From contig MHUT01000009.1 of the NCBI GenBank assembly GCA_001823535.1, positions 1-45,109 on the forward strand: a stretch of 45,109 nucleotides of DNA, written 5' to 3'. The notes under the pieces were generated by a model. The model did not search any database and was not told the DNA's origin. It saw nothing but the letters and a program-made list of their open reading frames with translations. Each line of letters begins with the position of its first letter. Position 1 is the first letter of the stretch. Origin of the DNA: Candidatus Yonathbacteria bacterium RIFCSPHIGHO2_02_FULL_44_14. Its GTDB lineage: Bacteria > Patescibacteriota > Minisyncoccia > Phycocordibacterales > UBA1550. Positions 9,392 to 18,746 of the stretch are shown one piece after another. The translations under genes were made by a program, and so were the position numbers.

Positions 9392-12181
9392 TTATTCTTT
9401 TATCACGATATTTATCAGCTTGTTTGGAACCACGATAATCTTCGAAAAAACCATCCCTTCCATCCATTTTTGCACTCCAGGGCGGGCTAGCGCCATCTCT
9501 TTTACCACATCTTCCTCTGTATCTCGAGATACAATAATCGTGTCGCGCAACTTTCCATTCACCTGCACAGCGACCGTCACTTCACCTTCAACACATTTGG
9601 CTGGGTCGGCTATTGGCCACGGTTCAAGGTGAATAGAATTTTTGTTACCAAGATCGCGCCACAGCTCTTCGGTAATATGTGGCGCAAATGGTGCGAGGAG
9701 CACGAGAAGGACTTCGAAATCATTCTTGGAAACAGTTTCTATTTTTTCCAATTCATTCAAAAGAATCATCAGCGATGAAATAGCAGTATTAAAATTAAAT
9801 TCTTCAATATCCTCACCTACTTTTTTGATGGTCTTGTGAAGTGCCACTTCTGCCCTCAACCCATCTTCTGTTTTTGAAACCTTTTCTTTTAGCCGCCACA
9901 CACGCTCAAGAAACCTGCGTGGACCAACGATGCTTTTTGTGCTCCATGCGACCGATTGTCCAAATGGACCCATGAACATTTCATACAAACGCATGGTGTC
10001 TGCGCCATACATAGAAACAATATCATCCGGGTTCACCACATTCCCCCAACGTTTGCTCATTTTGCGTCCATCTTCTGCAATAATAAGTCCGACATTTTGA
10101 AGTCGATTAAATGGTTCGTCGTAGTTTACAACACCTATGTCGTATAAAAATTTATGATAAAAACGCGCATAGATAAGATGGCGTGTTGAATGCTCGGCAC
10201 CCCCAACGTACATGTCCACCGGTGACCAATACTTTTCTTTTTCTTTATCAACAAGCATATTTGTATTGTGCGGATCAATAAACCGCAAATAGTACCACGA
10301 AGACCCTGCCCACTGTGGCATCGTGTTCGTCTCACGCTTGCCTACGTCACCACAATTTGGACACGGAACATTCACCCAGTCAGGAATACCCGCGAGTGGC
10401 GACTCTCCTGTTCCTGTTGGCTCGTAGGATTCCACCTCTGGCAAAACCACAGGCAAATCTTCTTCAGGGACAGGAACAACACCACACTTCTCACAGTGAA
10501 TAAGTGGAATCGGCTCACCCCAATAACGCTGGCGAGAGAACACCCAATCCTTAAGGCGATACTTGGTGACCCATCGTCCTTTTACGAAGTCAGTGATTTT
10601 CTTTTTTGCGTCTTCGTTTGGCGTGCCGTCAAACTGACCAGAATTTATTAGTCTGCCGTCATCAAGATACACTGATTGTTTTTTTACATCAGTCAGTTCA
10701 ATTAAGGCCTCTTTAACGAAATCAGTAACTTTTTCATGATTTAAGGCATCTTCAACTTTCATCTCAACAATACTCTCACCCTCCATAAGAGTTAGGGTGC
10801 TGGTATCAACACCTCCTACATGAAATAAAATATTACGTGTTCCGTCATCTTTATAACCAAAAGCTCCTATGTATTGTGCATCATCGTCTTTAATTTTAAG
10901 CAACAATTCTTCAAAAAGTTCTCTCTTCAGACAAGTCAGTTCATCTTCCCCATCTTCTGGACGTCCGCCAAAGGAGGAAATCATCCCTGGTCTCGAAGGA
11001 GCATTAGCATCTCTTTTTTGAAAAATAAATGTACCAGTGTTTGTTTCTAAAATTGCACCCACCCCCCGTATTTTTTTTATATCGTGAGCAACCACCCTTT
11101 TAATTGACAGCTCGAACTTCTTCGCAAATTCAAAATCCCTCTCATCGTGCGCAGGAACAGCCATTACTGCGCCAGTGCCATAGTGTCCAAGCACATAGTC
11201 CGCGACAAAAAGAGGAAGGTTCTCGTTATTTGCGGGGTTTATAACACTCACCCCTTCAATCTTCACTCCAGTTTTATCGCGACCTTCTGCAGTGCGCTCA
11301 ATTTCAGTGCGCGCTTTTGTTTCGGTGCGATACTTTTCAACTTCGCCCCAATTTGCAATCGACTCCTTCAACTCATCAATGAGTTTATGCTCCGGCGCAA
11401 GCACACAATATGTCGCACCAAAAAGCGTATCGAGGCGCGTCGTGAATACCGTGATTTTTTTCTCGCTTCCCTCGATAGCAAAATCAATTTCAGCGCCCTC
11501 GCTTCGACCAATCCAGTTTTTCTGTGCTTCTTTGATAGATACAGGCCAATCGAGTTTATCAATATCAGCAAGCATGCGATCCGCATAGTCGGTGATACGA
11601 AGTACCCACTGACGCATTGGTTTTTTCTCAATTGGGGTATCACAGCGTTCGCATTTACCATCTTCAAGATCTTCGTTCGCAAGGCCTGTCTGGCAAGTTG
11701 GGCACCAGTTAATCGGCTCATATGATTCGTACGCGAGCCCCTTTTTAAACATCTTCAAAAAAATCCATTGTGTCCATTTATAAAAAGTAGGATCCGTGGT
11801 GTTTATCTCGCGACTCCAGTCATAATCAAACCCAATCATCGAAAGTTGTTCCTTGTACCGTTTGGTATTTTTTTCTACAGCGACTCGGGGGTGTACTTTG
11901 TTTTTTATTGCATACTGTTCTGCGGGCAGACCGAAAGCATCCCATCCCATTGGATGAAGCACGTTGAATCCCTGCATGCGTTTCATACGAGAATAAATAT
12001 CAGTTGCGATATATCCCTTTGGATGCCCAACATGGAGCCCGTCCCCTGATGGATACGGGAACATATCGAGTACATATTTTTTTGGCTTCACAGAATTCTC
12101 GCCTGCGCTATAGACACCAGACGCGCTCCACACATCTTGCCATTTTTTTTCGATTACTTTGTGGTCGTACTTTTCAGACAT
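9392..12181 (-). CDS. leuS: Leucine-tRNA ligase with inserted NUDIX domain
   Basis: MFPYPSGDGLHVGH (HIGH), KMSKR (KMSKS), CP1 editing motifs (TTRLDT, GTGAVMAVPAHDERD). ATG at 12181. Confidence 0.97.
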   Translation of the reverse strand: MSEKYDHKVIEKKWQDVWSASGVYSAGENSVKPKKYVLDMFPYPSGDGLHVGHPKGYIATDIYSRMKRMQGFNVLHPMGWDAFGLPAEQYAIKNKVHPRVAVEKNTKRYKEQLSMIGFDYDWSREINTTDPTFYKWTQWIFLKMFKKGLAYESYEPINWCPTCQTGLANEDLEDGKCERCDTPIEKKPMRQWVLRITDYADRMLADIDKLDWPVSIKEAQKNWIGRSEGAEIDFAIEGSEKKITVFTTRLDTLFGATYCVLAPEHKLIDELKESIANWGEVEKYRTETKARTEIERTAEGRDKTGVKIEGVSVINPANNENLPLFVADYVLGHYGTGAVMAVPAHDERDFEFAKKFELSIKRVVAHDIKKIRGVGAILETNTGTFIFQKRDANAPSRPGMISSFGGRPEDGEDELTCLKRELFEELLLKIKDDDAQYIGAFGYKDDGTRNILFHVGGVDTSTLTLMEGESIVEMKVEDALNHEKVTDFVKEALIELTDVKKQSVYLDDGRLINSGQFDGTPNEDAKKKITDFVKGRWVTKYRLKDWVFSRQRYWGEPIPLIHCEKCGVVPVPEEDLPVVLPEVESYEPTGTGESPLAGIPDWVNVPCPNCGDVGKRETNTMPQWAGSSWYYLRFIDPHNTNMLVDKEKEKYWSPVDMYVGGAEHSTRHLIYARFYHKFLYDIGVVNYDEPFNRLQNVGLIIAEDGRKMSKRWGNVVNPDDIVSMYGADTMRLYEMFMGPFGQSVAWSTKSIVGPRRFLERVWRLKEKVSKTEDGLRAEVALHKTIKKVGEDIEEFNFNTAISSLMILLNELEKIETVSKNDFEVLLVLLAPFAPHITEELWRDLGNKNSIHLEPWPIADPAKCVEGEVTVAVQVNGKLRDTIIVSRDTEEDVVKEMALARPGVQKWMEGMVFSKIIVVPNKLINIVIKE

Positions 12182-12191
12182 TAAACATAGT

Positions 12192-12235
12192 ATAACAAAA
12201 CCCTCGTCTTTGCTCAAAGACGAGGGTTTTGTTAT
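12192..12235. terminator. Intrinsic terminator hairpin
   Basis: ataacaaaaccctcgtcttt..aaagacgagggttttgttat, downstream of the 12241-13227 gene. Confidence 0.75.
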
Positions 12236-12240
12236 TTCTT

Positions 12241-13227
12241 TTATTTACTGAGCACAGGAAAAGCTTTCACCGTGCTATCGAACGGCGGATAGAGCGCAGG
12301 GTCAATAGTGCGAGTGAAGCATTGCGACCCCATTGAATGCGTCCAATTTTCTTGTCCTGTCATTTTAACAGCCGACGCTGGAACAGGTTGGGTTTCTGCA
12401 CTCCTTGTAGCACTGTCAGTCCCTGTGCTTGCCAAACTGAAAACTGCACATATTTTGTATGACAGAGTGCTTATTGCCTCGTATGAATACTCAGCACCAC
12501 TCTCTGGGTCAACTGGCAAAATATTTCCTGTCGCCTTATTTTCGACATCGCGAAGCACCGCTGGAAGAACCCTTTTTAGCTGCCAGTAATTAATAATCTG
12601 GTAATTTATATTCTGCAGATCTGAAACTCGTTGATCATCATAATGCTTTGCCCGTTGAGTTGATGGAGACCCCATCACAATAAACCCAACCACGAGGGAA
12701 ATCATGACGATTGCTATAGCAGCCAATCCCGCATTGCGCGATGTATTACCCGCTTCCACTGGTGGATGGCGCAAATCATACACATAGAAAGAAAAGAGGC
12801 CGCCCACAATAACAAATACAGCTATGACCTTGAGAACAAAACCTGTCGTGAAATCTGTCCCGCCCAAGAAACGATTAAGGAGCACAACGAGGTCAATGAT
12901 AAGGATAAGCGCGCCCACAAAAAGATTGAAGTAAGTGAGCCATTTGCGCACGCCGAGCTCGCGCTTTTCGGGAGTGCTTCGCTCCATGCCATAAACATAC
13001 CGCGAAACCAGAATAAACACGGGGAAAATTACTATGAGTGTAGCTATTGCCGTGCGCACTCCGGTTGAATACGGGTCTATGTAAGCAAGCGGTCCAGGGA
13101 ATGCCTGGTCAATCACTGAAAACAAAAGACCAATCAGGCTTACGGCGCTTACATACAACGAAACAGTCACCCCTAAATAAAGAAAGAAGTCCTTCGGTGT
13201 TGTCTTTGGTTTTTGTAATGTTTCCAT
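12241..13227 (-). CDS. Multi-pass membrane protein (DUF5671-like) with pilin-like C-terminal domain
   Basis: PKDFFLYLG start, 5 TM segments, VRKWLTY, D.QRVSDLQNI..LP, DPESGAEYSY..YKICAVF. Start moved to the ATG at 13227. Confidence 0.65.
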   Translation of the reverse strand: METLQKPKTTPKDFFLYLGVTVSLYVSAVSLIGLLFSVIDQAFPGPLAYIDPYSTGVRTAIATLIVIFPVFILVSRYVYGMERSTPEKRELGVRKWLTYFNLFVGALILIIDLVVLLNRFLGGTDFTTGFVLKVIAVFVIVGGLFSFYVYDLRHPPVEAGNTSRNAGLAAIAIVMISLVVGFIVMGSPSTQRAKHYDDQRVSDLQNINYQIINYWQLKRVLPAVLRDVENKATGNILPVDPESGAEYSYEAISTLSYKICAVFSLASTGTDSATRSAETQPVPASAVKMTGQENWTHSMGSQCFTRTIDPALYPPFDSTVKAFPVLSK

Positions 13228-13313
13228 ACAAATAATTGTACGCCTCAAGGAAACTCTTTGCAACCCTCCAGAAGGCTCCACAAAAAGACCATGCTGTGTT
13301 AAAGTAGAGCGTA

Positions 13314-13742
13314 ATGGAACAGCCAAAAAAGAAGATTTTACTTGTGGATGACAATGAGATTATTCGCCTGATGTTTGCAAACATTTTTTGGCTTCATGGG
13401 CTTGATGACAAGTATGAACTCACTACAGTAAGCAGTATGAGTGAGGCATCCGTATTCATTGCAAACCCAGCCACAAGGCCAAATATTATTTTTACCGGAC
13501 TCGTTATGCCATTCGAAAAAAATGGGAAAATAGAAACGAGCGCTGAGGCTGGGTTCTCGCTTCTCAAACGCATTAAAACTGATCCTGAAACACAATCAAT
13601 TCGCGTCGTTGTTTTCTCGGGCTACGACGAAGATGAATATCGAACGCAAGCACTCGCGCTTGGCGCAGAGGCATACCTCACAAAGGGCGAAAATATGCCA
13701 CAAGACCTGCTTCAACTAATTCGTTCCTTCGATAGCCAATAA
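13314..13742 (+). CDS. Stand-alone receiver (CheY-like) domain, atypical
   Basis: KKILLVDD, VVVFSG, AEAYLTKG. The phosphoacceptor position reads FTGLVMP. Confidence 0.85.
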   Translation: MEQPKKKILLVDDNEIIRLMFANIFWLHGLDDKYELTTVSSMSEASVFIANPATRPNIIFTGLVMPFEKNGKIETSAEAGFSLLKRIKTDPETQSIRVVVFSGYDEDEYRTQALALGAEAYLTKGENMPQDLLQLIRSFDSQ

Positions 13743-13746
13743 TATA

Positions 13747-15048
13747 ATGAGCACGCCACTCATAAAACTTGAAGATGTAAACTTTTACTACAACCGTGGA
13801 AAACCATCGGAGGCGCACGCTTTGAAAAATATCAACTTAGAGATTGAAAGAGGCGGTTATGTGGCATTTTTTGGACCATCGGGCTGCGGAAAAACCACAC
13901 TTACCTATTTAATCGGTGGCATCGAAACCGAAAATGCCGACGAGGGACATATTTTTGTCAACGGGCGCGATCTTCGTGGTCTTTCTAAAAAAGAATTGGC
14001 TGTATACCGCCAAATAGGTGTTGGTATCATTTTTCAGCAATTCAATCTTCTTCCATCGCTCACCGTTCTCGACAATGTGGCGCTCCCCATGGCGTTCCTT
14101 GGTGTTAATGTTGATCGCCGCAGAAAAGAAGCGATGAAACTTCTCGATAGATTCTCAATGACAAAGTATGCCGAGCGATTTCCATCTGAGCTCTCGGGAG
14201 GACAGCAGCAACGTGTAAGTATCGCTCGCGCTCTCGCCAACAACCCGCCGATAATAATCGCAGACGAGCCTCTCGGCAACCTCGACTCTGAAAACGCAAA
14301 CAAAGCGCTTGAATTTTTAAAAGAGCTGAACGAAAAAGACGGACGCACAATCATTATGGTCACGCACGAATCATGGAGCCTTCGTGACGCAAAAACAATT
14401 TTCTACCTCAAAGATGGGGAAATGATTAAAAAAGAACAACCCGAAAAAAAGAAAGTTGCGCAGAAAACACTTTCAGACCACCTTTATCGCAACCTGTTCC
14501 CTGAAGTGACCCCGGAACGCCTGATGGCACACTCTCTTTCTTATATGCTTATGCGCGGGTTCTCGGGTGAGGAGATCAAGCGATTTGAAATGTTTCTATC
14601 GAAGCGACTCGAATGCATTATAGACACACCAACATTTATCGATTTTCTTGATAGCCCATTCAAAGACGGTGGTGTTGGTCTTTGGAAGCAACGGGCGCAG
14701 AAGATAGCTCTCATCGCAGAAGATATTGTAGAAAAACGGAAAAAAATCGAGGATATTTACAAAGATCTTGAAAAAGATCCTGAGACCCCGCTCTATGAAG
14801 AGGTTGCAAAGATGCGCGCATGGCTTCTCGAAGATTACAAAGGTCTCCTTTCAGATATTCAGATTGTCCGCTTTGATGAAGCGGTTGAGGATCGTTTCCG
14901 AAACATTATTAGTCCGGAAAACTTCCGGCAGGTGCTCGAGCTGTCACGCACAGACTTTGGGGTTGGTCTTGCGCCAGGAACAGTCCGCAGTGTTTCTGAA
15001 CGCCTTGAAACCATCCTCACAGGCAAAAGCTACCAAGTTTTTAATTAG
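13747..15048 (+). CDS. MacB/LolD-type ABC ATPase with about 200-aa C-terminal extension
   Basis: [28 protein letters not shown]. Confidence 0.92.
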   Translation: MSTPLIKLEDVNFYYNRGKPSEAHALKNINLEIERGGYVAFFGPSGCGKTTLTYLIGGIETENADEGHIFVNGRDLRGLSKKELAVYRQIGVGIIFQQFNLLPSLTVLDNVALPMAFLGVNVDRRRKEAMKLLDRFSMTKYAERFPSELSGGQQQRVSIARALANNPPIIIADEPLGNLDSENANKALEFLKELNEKDGRTIIMVTHESWSLRDAKTIFYLKDGEMIKKEQPEKKKVAQKTLSDHLYRNLFPEVTPERLMAHSLSYMLMRGFSGEEIKRFEMFLSKRLECIIDTPTFIDFLDSPFKDGGVGLWKQRAQKIALIAEDIVEKRKKIEDIYKDLEKDPETPLYEEVAKMRAWLLEDYKGLLSDIQIVRFDEAVEDRFRNIISPENFRQVLELSRTDFGVGLAPGTVRSVSERLETILTGKSYQVFN

Positions 15049-15068
15049 AACTCATCTCAACATAACTT

Positions 15069-16340
15069 ATGGAAAAAAATATTGAAGACGAAAAATACGA
15101 GATGCCAAAGGTGCCGCAAAAGCTCGAGATAAAAACCGATCACAGCTTGTCGGCATGGGACCTCCTTAAACTTTCGCTTCGTGTTTTTCGCACAAAACCC
15201 ACACGTACCATTTTGACCATTCTCGGCATGTCTGTGGGTATCGGTACTGTAGTATTCCTTGTATCGCTTGGTTATGGTCTTCAGTATATTTTGATCGGAA
15301 ACCTCATCACGAGCGAGGACTCCCTGATGACTCTCGAAGCAGCTTATCCAAGCGAGAGCGGAAAAGGTATTGATTTGGAAAAGGTAGCAGAGATAAAAAC
15401 GAGAGAGGAAGTTGACGCAGTGAGCCCTGTCACCGAATTCTCCGGCGAACTATCGATAGCAGAAGGAGCGCCTGGTATTATTCCCGTAACACGCGTGGTG
15501 CGCGCCTCTTATTTTAAATTTGCAGGCGTGTATCCAGACCTTGGTGAAGTATTCGACGAGGATAATCCTGGCGTTGTTCTTTCGGCACAAGCATTGAAGC
15601 TTCTCGGCCTTACTGTGGATGAAACGATCATTGGGAAAGAAGTGACGGGAAAAGTATACTACCCAAAACCCGACGGAAGCACCGAGGAAGTCCTTATTTC
15701 AAAACTTCAAATTCGCGGAATTATTACCGATGAAAATGAATCTCCGCTTGCCTATGTCCCCTATTCTTCCGTAACCAAGGAGCCAACTGTTCTCAAAAGT
15801 CTCCTTATTAAAGCGCGCAATGTCGACCTTGTAGAACCGCTTCGCGACAAGCTTGAAAAAGAAGGCTTTTTAATTAGCGCTAAAGTAGACCTCGTGAACC
15901 AAGCGCGAAAGATTACCAATGCGATCACAACAGTGCTCATGGTGTTTGGAACAGCGGCGCTTATCGTATCTGCGATAGGAATGTTCAATACAATGATCGT
16001 CGGTTTCCTTGAGCGCATCTACGAAGTTGGTGTGATGAAATCGCTCGGCGCAACAGACAGCGATGTGCAAAACTTATTCCTAATGGAATCCTTTATTATC
16101 GGATTTTTGGGAGGCGTGTCTGGGGTTGCCATCGGCATGGGTGGAGGGGCGCTCATTAACTTTGTTATGAGCACACTTTCTCAAAACATGGGGAGCAAGG
16201 CTCTTACGCTTTTCATAACACCCGCATGGTTTGCAATCGCGACACTCGTTCTCTCCTCGTGTATCGGACTAATCTCAGGCTACTGGCCTTCCCGCAACGC
16301 TTCAAAACTTTCCCCACGAGAGGCGTTTGTGAGGAAGTAG
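15069..16340 (+). CDS. MacB/FtsX-family ABC permease
   Basis: RTILTILGMSVGIG, large extracytoplasmic loop, LERIYEVGVMKSLGA, LFLMES, YWPSRNASKLSP. Confidence 0.92.
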   Translation: MEKNIEDEKYEMPKVPQKLEIKTDHSLSAWDLLKLSLRVFRTKPTRTILTILGMSVGIGTVVFLVSLGYGLQYILIGNLITSEDSLMTLEAAYPSESGKGIDLEKVAEIKTREEVDAVSPVTEFSGELSIAEGAPGIIPVTRVVRASYFKFAGVYPDLGEVFDEDNPGVVLSAQALKLLGLTVDETIIGKEVTGKVYYPKPDGSTEEVLISKLQIRGIITDENESPLAYVPYSSVTKEPTVLKSLLIKARNVDLVEPLRDKLEKEGFLISAKVDLVNQARKITNAITTVLMVFGTAALIVSAIGMFNTMIVGFLERIYEVGVMKSLGATDSDVQNLFLMESFIIGFLGGVSGVAIGMGGGALINFVMSTLSQNMGSKALTLFITPAWFAIATLVLSSCIGLISGYWPSRNASKLSPREAFVRK

Positions 16341-16343
16341 AAT

Positions 16344-16450
16344 CCGCTCGCTAAATTCTTTTTAGGGTACGACTTTTTTTAAGCTTCAAAAAAGTCTGAA
16401 GTTTTCGCGTCGTCACGCTCAAAACCCCCTAAAAAGCAATTTAGCTCGCT
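16344..16450. other. Branched (three-way junction) intergenic structure
   Basis: Outer gctaaattctttttaggg/ccctaaaaagcaatttagc encloses gactttttt/aaaaaagtc and gttttcgcgt/acgctcaaaac. Confidence 0.6.
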
Positions 16451-16456
16451 CTAAGG

Positions 16457-16500
16457 AAAAACAAAAAGACCATTTTATATAAAATGGTCTTTTTGTTTTT
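16457..16500. terminator. Bidirectional intrinsic terminator
   Basis: aaaaacaaaagaccatttt-atat-aaaatggtctttttgttttt between convergent genes. Confidence 0.8.
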
Positions 16501-16768
16501 AAATCCTTTTACCCGCAAGCGCATATACTACAGACCTGTGCACAATAAGCACCACAAACACTTCTTTTTTCTTTAACTGAAACACCACACGATAATCCCC
16601 AACCCTTAGACTCCGGAGCCCTGATAGCGAAAACTGGAGTGGCTTGCCAAAAAATTCTGGCTCGGTAGTTAGTTTTTCTTGAATTGCTTTTTTAATTGCT
16701 ATTTTATGAGAAGTCGAAATACCAGAAATATCATCAACTACTTTTTTATGATAGGTGATTTCAAACAT
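16499..16768 (-). CDS. Type II toxin, RelE/StbE family
   Basis: 89 aa, GKPL..LSGLRSLRVGDYRVVF, VHRSVVY. Confidence 0.9.
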   Translation of the reverse strand: MFEITYHKKVVDDISGISTSHKIAIKKAIQEKLTTEPEFFGKPLQFSLSGLRSLRVGDYRVVFQLKKKEVFVVLIVHRSVVYALAGKRI

Positions 16769-16771
16769 ATA

Positions 16772-16996
16772 TTACTTTCCCCACACATCAGCATGAGTCA
16801 GCTTCTTCCCTTTTTCTTTCAACCTATTCTCGCCCAATAAACTAAAGGCTTTATCCTCTTCCATCATAAGTGAGATATTGAGTAGCTCGCTTATCTTTGT
16901 CGCCTCAGGCACGCGGTCACGCTTCGCAATCTGCGTTATGAGTTTCTCCACATCAGGAGCGAGAGTAATATTCAACCTTCGTTTTGTGGTAGCCAT
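16772..16996 (-). CDS. Antitoxin, ribbon-helix-helix-like
   Basis: 74 aa, KRRLNITL N-terminal strand, C-terminal LTHADVWG, 3 nt upstream of the RelE-type toxin. Confidence 0.8.
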   Translation of the reverse strand: MATTKRRLNITLAPDVEKLITQIAKRDRVPEATKISELLNISLMMEEDKAFSLLGENRLKEKGKKLTHADVWGK

Positions 16997-17002
16997 AAAA
17001 CA

Positions 17003-17071
17003 AGTGTATCAAAAGTGTGCCGTTTGTCAACAGACTAAAAAATTGACTTCAAAACAAACATGCGGTAGTAT
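17003..17071. promoter_or_regulatory. Back-to-back sigma70 promoters
   Basis: Minus strand: TTGACA-16-TACACT, 6 nt before the antitoxin ATG. Plus strand: TTGACT(17043)-17-TAGTAT(17066). Confidence 0.7.
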
Positions 17072-17103
17072 GTTTTCAGTATATTCTTTCGTGGAGGCTA
17101 GAG

Positions 17104-17292
17104 ATGAGTAATAAAACAGGTGGTTACAATACTAGGCGATACTACAATTACCAGTTTATATGCCCAACAATGGACGTCAGTGGGGAGATAAAATATTTCC
17201 CTGATCCAATCGAGACTGTCACCTGTCCAATGTGCCACAAGCCAAAAGGTCTGGGGCATGGACTGTGTGATTACAAAATTATTGAATTATGA
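17104..17292 (+). CDS. Small Cys-rich hypothetical protein (62 aa)
   Basis: GGAGG SD, own promoter and terminator, four Cys including CPMC. Confidence 0.65.
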   Translation: MSNKTGGYNTRRYYNYQFICPTMDVSGEIKYFPDPIETVTCPMCHKPKGLGHGLCDYKIIEL

Positions 17293-17294
17293 AG

Positions 17295-17330
17295 AAGCGT
17301 GAACATTTGCAAATGTTCACGCTTTTCCTT
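17295..17330 (+). terminator. Intrinsic terminator (30-nt perfect palindrome)
   Basis: aagcgtgaacatttgcaaatgttcacgctt followed by ttcctt. Confidence 0.75.
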
Positions 17331-17355
17331 AAACCCTAAACTTTATTCCGTGTCT

Positions 17356-17460
17356 AAATTATGCCAGATACGAGGCGTGACGAGGTTTTGTGAGGAGGTG
17401 TACGAATAGTACTCTGACGAGCAAAACCGAAGTCATAACGACGTAGATGATATGATTTTA
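17356..17460. repeat. Structured intergenic element, diverged family A member
   Basis: Shares atacgag..gac(g/a)agg and gaagtc..acga.gtag with the 3663 and 18599 elements; tgac..ggttttg/caaaacc..gtca stems. Confidence 0.6.
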
Positions 17461-18555
17461 AACGCGGAATTCGATGACGTCACCGTCCTTGACAACATAT
17501 TCCTTCCCTTCTATTCTCAAAAGCCCCTTCTCTTTCGCGTTTGCAAACGAACCCGCATCGAGCAAATCTTTCCAAAAAATAACTTCTGCGCGAATGAATT
17601 TGTCTTTGAAATCCGTATGAATTGCCATTCCAGCAACCGGTGCGGTGCTTCCCTTTTTGATAGTCCATGCGCGCGTCTCTTTTTCACCCGTTGTAAAATA
17701 AGTCTCGAGACCGAGCATCTCGTAGCCTTTTGTGATTAGGTCGTTGATGCCATCGTTTTTGGAACCGAGCTCTGCACGAAACATTTCTTTTTCCTCTCCT
17801 TCAAATGCGGCAAGCTCCTGCTCTACCCCTGCATCCACCACCACGTAGTGTACGCCGAGTGACTTCAAATATTCCAGAAGCGCAGTGTAGCGCGGGTCAT
17901 TTATTTCATCGAGATTTTTACCACCCGCTTTTTTATTCAAAACATACAAAACCGGCTTCAGTGTAAGGAGGTGCATTGCGCGGACAACAAGAACTTCATC
18001 ATCCTTGAGAATTACGGTGCGTGCGAGCTTCCCCTGTGACAAAGCCTCAGAAACCTTTTGGAGGATTTCTTTTTCTTTTACAGCTTCCTTATCGCCACGC
18101 TTCACGTCTTTTTCGATATTCGCAAGGCGCTTTGTCACGGTCTGCTCATCAGCAAGAATGAGCTCAAGATTAATCGTCTCAATATCTGAAACAGGATCTA
18201 CTTTGCCATGCACGTGAATCACATTATCATCTTCAAAGATACGAACCACCTCTGCAATAGCATCGGTCTCACGGATGTGCGAAAGAAATTGATTGCCAAG
18301 TCCTTCACCTTCAGATGCGCCTTTTACAAGCCCCGCTATATCCACAAACTCCACTGCTGCGGGAATAGTTTTTTGAGTTTTAGAAAACTCTGCGAGCTTA
18401 TGGAGGCGTTCATCGGGTACCGCAACCACACCCACTGATGGATCTATTGTACAAAACGGGTAATTCTCTGCGGGAACAGATTTTTTCGTAAGTGCGTTAA
18501 AAAGTGTGGACTTGCCCACATTGGGTAGCCCTACGATTCCGATTGCGAGTGCCAT
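17458..18555 (-). CDS. ychF: Redox-regulated ATPase YchF
   Basis: GIVGLPNVGKSTLFN, NYPFCTIDP, DIAGLV..GEGLGNQFL, C-terminal TGS domain. Confidence 0.97.
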   Translation of the reverse strand: MALAIGIVGLPNVGKSTLFNALTKKSVPAENYPFCTIDPSVGVVAVPDERLHKLAEFSKTQKTIPAAVEFVDIAGLVKGASEGEGLGNQFLSHIRETDAIAEVVRIFEDDNVIHVHGKVDPVSDIETINLELILADEQTVTKRLANIEKDVKRGDKEAVKEKEILQKVSEALSQGKLARTVILKDDEVLVVRAMHLLTLKPVLYVLNKKAGGKNLDEINDPRYTALLEYLKSLGVHYVVVDAGVEQELAAFEGEEKEMFRAELGSKNDGINDLITKGYEMLGLETYFTTGEKETRAWTIKKGSTAPVAGMAIHTDFKDKFIRAEVIFWKDLLDAGSFANAKEKGLLRIEGKEYVVKDGDVIEFRV

Positions 18556-18598
18556 AAGGTTGTGTTAATGGTTAAATAATAAAATACAAAAATAGTTT

Positions 18599-18746
18599 TA
18601 GAACTTTTGTGGTTGGATGCAATACGAGCACGTAAGTCAATTTACTAATTGAGCGACGAGGAACAAAAATATGAACCGTTCTTAGCGTACTGTGAGTGTT
18701 TTTGCGACAAGGTCAACGAAGCAGTGTGCCAACTATATAAGTTCTA
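18599..18746. repeat. Structured intergenic element, family A copy 2
   Basis: 45 nt identical to 3677-3721; terminal stem tagaacttttgtggttgg/ccaactatataagttcta. Confidence 0.85.

Noticed and set aside
10695-11080. Intein in leuS
   Set aside because: No splice-junction residues or LAGLIDADG motifs; the insert has a NUDIX box instead.
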